Shown piece after piece: positions 61,495 through 64,000 of a DNA stretch of 64,000 nucleotides. The stretch covers positions 248,001 to 312,000 of the forward strand of contig NW_024704778.1 in the NCBI RefSeq assembly GCF_018977255.1, read 5' to 3'. The position numbers were made by a program, and so were the translations under genes. Source of the DNA: Callorhinchus milii. Its lineage: Eukaryota. A model generated the notes under the pieces. The model made no database searches. It was not told the origin of the DNA and saw only the letters and a list, made by a program, of their open reading frames with translations. Numbering within the stretch: position 1 is the stretch's first letter; each line of letters opens with the position of its first letter.

Positions 61495-61944
61495 CTGTCA
61501 GTCTCCTTCGCTGCTCGACTTTAGAAAAGGAAAAGGGTCGGACGCCGGGGACGGACGGACGCGCGCGCACGCACACGCGTGCAGCGGGACAGGCAAGTGA
61601 ATGCTCAGCGTCGGTGTTACCAGCAGCTTCTCGGTATGTTGAACGAGCCCCGGGGCACTGAGGAGCCACTGGCCTCACCGCTGGGCCTCTGACACCCTCC
61701 CCAGCTGCAGCCCGAGAACCTCGGAGCGGACTTAAAGCAACTTATAGGAACCCTCTTACCTTCAGCATTGAGATTGGGATTCCCCTGTTCACCGCCGTCT
61801 GCTCACCCTCACACTGAGTGGCTCTGTACGGTCCGGATAGACGCCTCCGTGTAGTCTGATAATAACTGTGACACCTTCACGGGTTAACGTGTGTGTGTGT
61901 GTGTGTGTCAGACGCCCGGCCGGTCACGGTGACGGGTTTCCGGG

Positions 61945-62575
61945 CGGGGCCCAGTGGTTGCTATGGGCGAGGCGGGGTAGCTACGGTGGTTGGGAGATGC
62001 TCGGTCGCTATGGGCGAGGCGGGGTAGCTATGGTGGTTGGGAGATGCCCGGTTGCTATGGGCGAGGCGGGGTAGCTATGTGTTGGGAGATGCTCGGTTGC
62101 TATGGCCGAGGCGGGGTAGCTACGGTGGTTGGGAGATGCTCGGTTGCTATGGGCGAGGCGGGGTAGCTATGTATTGGGAGATGCTCGGTTGCTAGGGGCG
62201 AGGCGGGGTAGCAATGTCGTTGGGAGATGCTCGGTCGCTATGGGCGAGGCGGGGTAGCTATGGTGGTTGGGAGATGCTCGGTTGCTAGGGGCGAGGCGGG
62301 GTAGCTATGGTGGTTGGGAGATGCTCGGTCGCTATGGGCGAGGCGGGGTAGCTATGTGTTGGGAGATGCTCGGTTGCTATGGGCGAGGCGGGGTAGCTAC
62401 GGTGGTTGGGAGATGCTCGGTTGCTATGGGCGAGGCGGGGTAGCTATGGTGGTTGGGAGATGCTCGGTTGCTATGGGCGAGGCGGGGTAGCTATGGTGGT
62501 TGGGAGATGCTCGGTTGCTATGGGCGAGGCGGGGTAGCTATGTGTTGGGAGATGCTCGGTTGCTATGGGCGTGGT
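61945..62575. repeat. 45/47-bp minisatellite containing RFX-like and GC-box motifs, about 14 units
   Basis: Unit ggttgctatgggcgaggcggggtagctatggtggttgggagatgctc. Confidence 0.9.
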
Positions 62576-63210
62576 CACCGGGCGGGTGTCAGCCGTTGTG
62601 GGCGGGGCCGAGTGAGGTGGGCGGGGCCGGGTGGGTCACGCGGGGTTGTTATGGGCGGGGCCAGAGTGGCCGTTGCCCGCGCGAGGCGGCAGAGACGCCT
62701 CGCCGCCGCGCGTGCTGTTGACACCGCCCCCCCCCCAACCCATTGGCTGCCCCGCCCCCTCCCTTCCACGCCCACCCCGTCCTTCTCGCCGCCGCTCATT
62801 GGCTGCTGGGCCCGCGCGAGCCGCCTGATTGGACGGGGCGGCCGTCAGTCAAGTCAGTCAGTCCGTCCGTCCGCGAGGCGCCGGCGGCGGTTGGTTTGGG
62901 CGCGAGGCCGTCGAGTCAGTTAGTCCGTCAGTGCCGTGAGGAGCGGCGGACAGCGGCGAAGGAGAGGGAGAGAGAGAGAGGGAGAGGCGGGGAGGGGGTC
63001 GGTCAGGCAGTCACAGACGTTGGTGGCGTTTCCTGCCGCAAGTTGAGCGACTTTACCGGCGGGTGTTCGGTGGGCGACTTACCGTCGTGTGTGTGGGTGT
63101 GTGTGTGGGTGAACCCCGGGCGGCGTCCACGGATTGAGTTGAGGCGGAGACGGCCCACGCGCTGTTGATCCCGCCCCCCCCCCCCTTCGCCGCCCATTGG
63201 CTGCCATGGA
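62575..63210. promoter_or_regulatory. CpG island, probable bidirectional promoter
   Basis: GC boxes (gggcgggg) and ATTGG at ~62742, 62798 and 62828. Lies upstream of the minus-strand CENPF-like unit and of a Kozak ATG (gccATGG) at 63206 on the plus strand. Confidence 0.6.
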
Positions 63211-63319
63211 GGCCCTGGGCTGCCCCGAGCCCACTGATTGGACGCGGCAGCTGTCGCTCGGACCCCTCGTCGCCCGGCGACGGTCTGGCGGAGCGGCCCA
63301 GGCGCGGAGTCAAGCCGCT

Positions 63320-63950
63320 CCAGGGGCCGCCCGGGGACCTGCCCGGAGACCCGCCCGGGGGTCAGGGGCCGCCCGGGGCCAGCCCGGGACAGGGGCTGCC
63401 CAGACCCGCCCGGGGACCAGGGGCTGCCCGGGACCCTCCCGGGGACCCGCCCGGGGGTCAGGGGCTGCCCGGGGACCCGCCCGGGGGCCAGGGGCTGCCC
63501 GGGGACCAGACCGGGGACCAGGGGCTGCCCGGGGACCCGCCCGGGGACCAAACCAGGGACCAGGGGCTTCCCGGGGATGATCCCAGGGACCAGCGGCTTC
63601 CCGGGGACCAGGAGCTTCCCGGGGACCCGCCCGGGGGCCATGGGCTTCGCAGGGATGAGCCCGGGGACCAGGGCTTCCCGGGGACCCGCCCGGGGGCCAT
63701 GGGCTTCCCGGGGATGAGCCCGGGGACCAGGGGCTTCCCGGGGATGAGCCTGGGGACCAGGGGCTTCCCGGGGACCAGCCCGGGGACCAGCCCGGGGACC
63801 AGGGGCTTCCCGGGGACCAGCCCGGGGATCAGGGGCTTCCCAGGGACCAGCCCGGGGACCAGGGGCTTCCCGGGGACCAGCCCAGGGATCAGGGGCTTCC
63901 CAGGGACCAGCCCGGGGACCAGGGGCTTCCCGGGGACCAGCCCAGGCGCC
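63320..63950. repeat. GC-rich ~30-bp degenerate tandem repeat (ccggggaccagcccggggaccaggggcttc)
   Basis: Seen directly; may be part of a coding first exon of an unidentified + strand gene. Confidence 0.8.
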
Positions 63951-64000
63951 AGGGAAATCCCATGGACAAGGAGCTTCCCAGAGAACATGGACTTCCGAGT

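Noticed and set aside
61498-61500. In-frame TGA as selenocysteine
   Set aside because: No SECIS element could be identified by eye, and the context is not a Cys/redox motif.
60165-61524. ORF-track proteins (IIPKTGTR)n on - and (VFGMIRVP)n on +
   Set aside because: Both are alternative frames of the same 24-bp repeat. Neither has a convincing start or matching splice phase. The DHPKDRDS frame fits the flanking exon phases better.

Overview
Eukaryotic vertebrate genomic DNA: GC-rich, gene-dense, short introns, many microsatellites, 7 N-gaps. The tRNA-headed, Deu-like, L2-tailed SINEs and CR1/L2 fragments suggest a cartilaginous fish, possibly a chimaera (inference). Genes reconstructed by hand from GT-AG junctions and recalled homology: an adenylosuccinate synthetase (-, exons 1-4, runs off the left end), TMEM179B (+, complete), HNRNPUL2 (+, complete, 14 exons), the 3' end of ATG2A (+), the 3' end of an ITPKC-type IP3 3-kinase (-), the 3' end of COQ8B (+), and a short CENP-F-like gene (-, about 1,300 aa, two frameshifts). 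The block ATG2A-ITPKC-(COQ8B)-CENPF-like 3' end occurs twice. Each copy lacks the ITPKC/COQ8B 5' halves through a different gap-free junction, most likely an assembly artefact. Most notable observations: (1) eight tandem copies of the TMEM179B last-exon splice acceptor; (2) a miniature CENP-F paralogue carrying a 7-aa TP/TQ repeat; (3) a 423-codon Asp/Arg/His-repeat frame (DHPKDRDS)n, missed by the ORF track, that can splice into the CENPF-like start exon; (4) a probable extra ADSS ohnologue; (5) a 3 x 124-bp CCAAT-pair promoter module; (6) a CLEAR/E-box cluster ahead of ATG2A. No prokaryotic systems, CRISPR arrays or real RNA genes were found. Most ORF-track entries are repeat artefacts.
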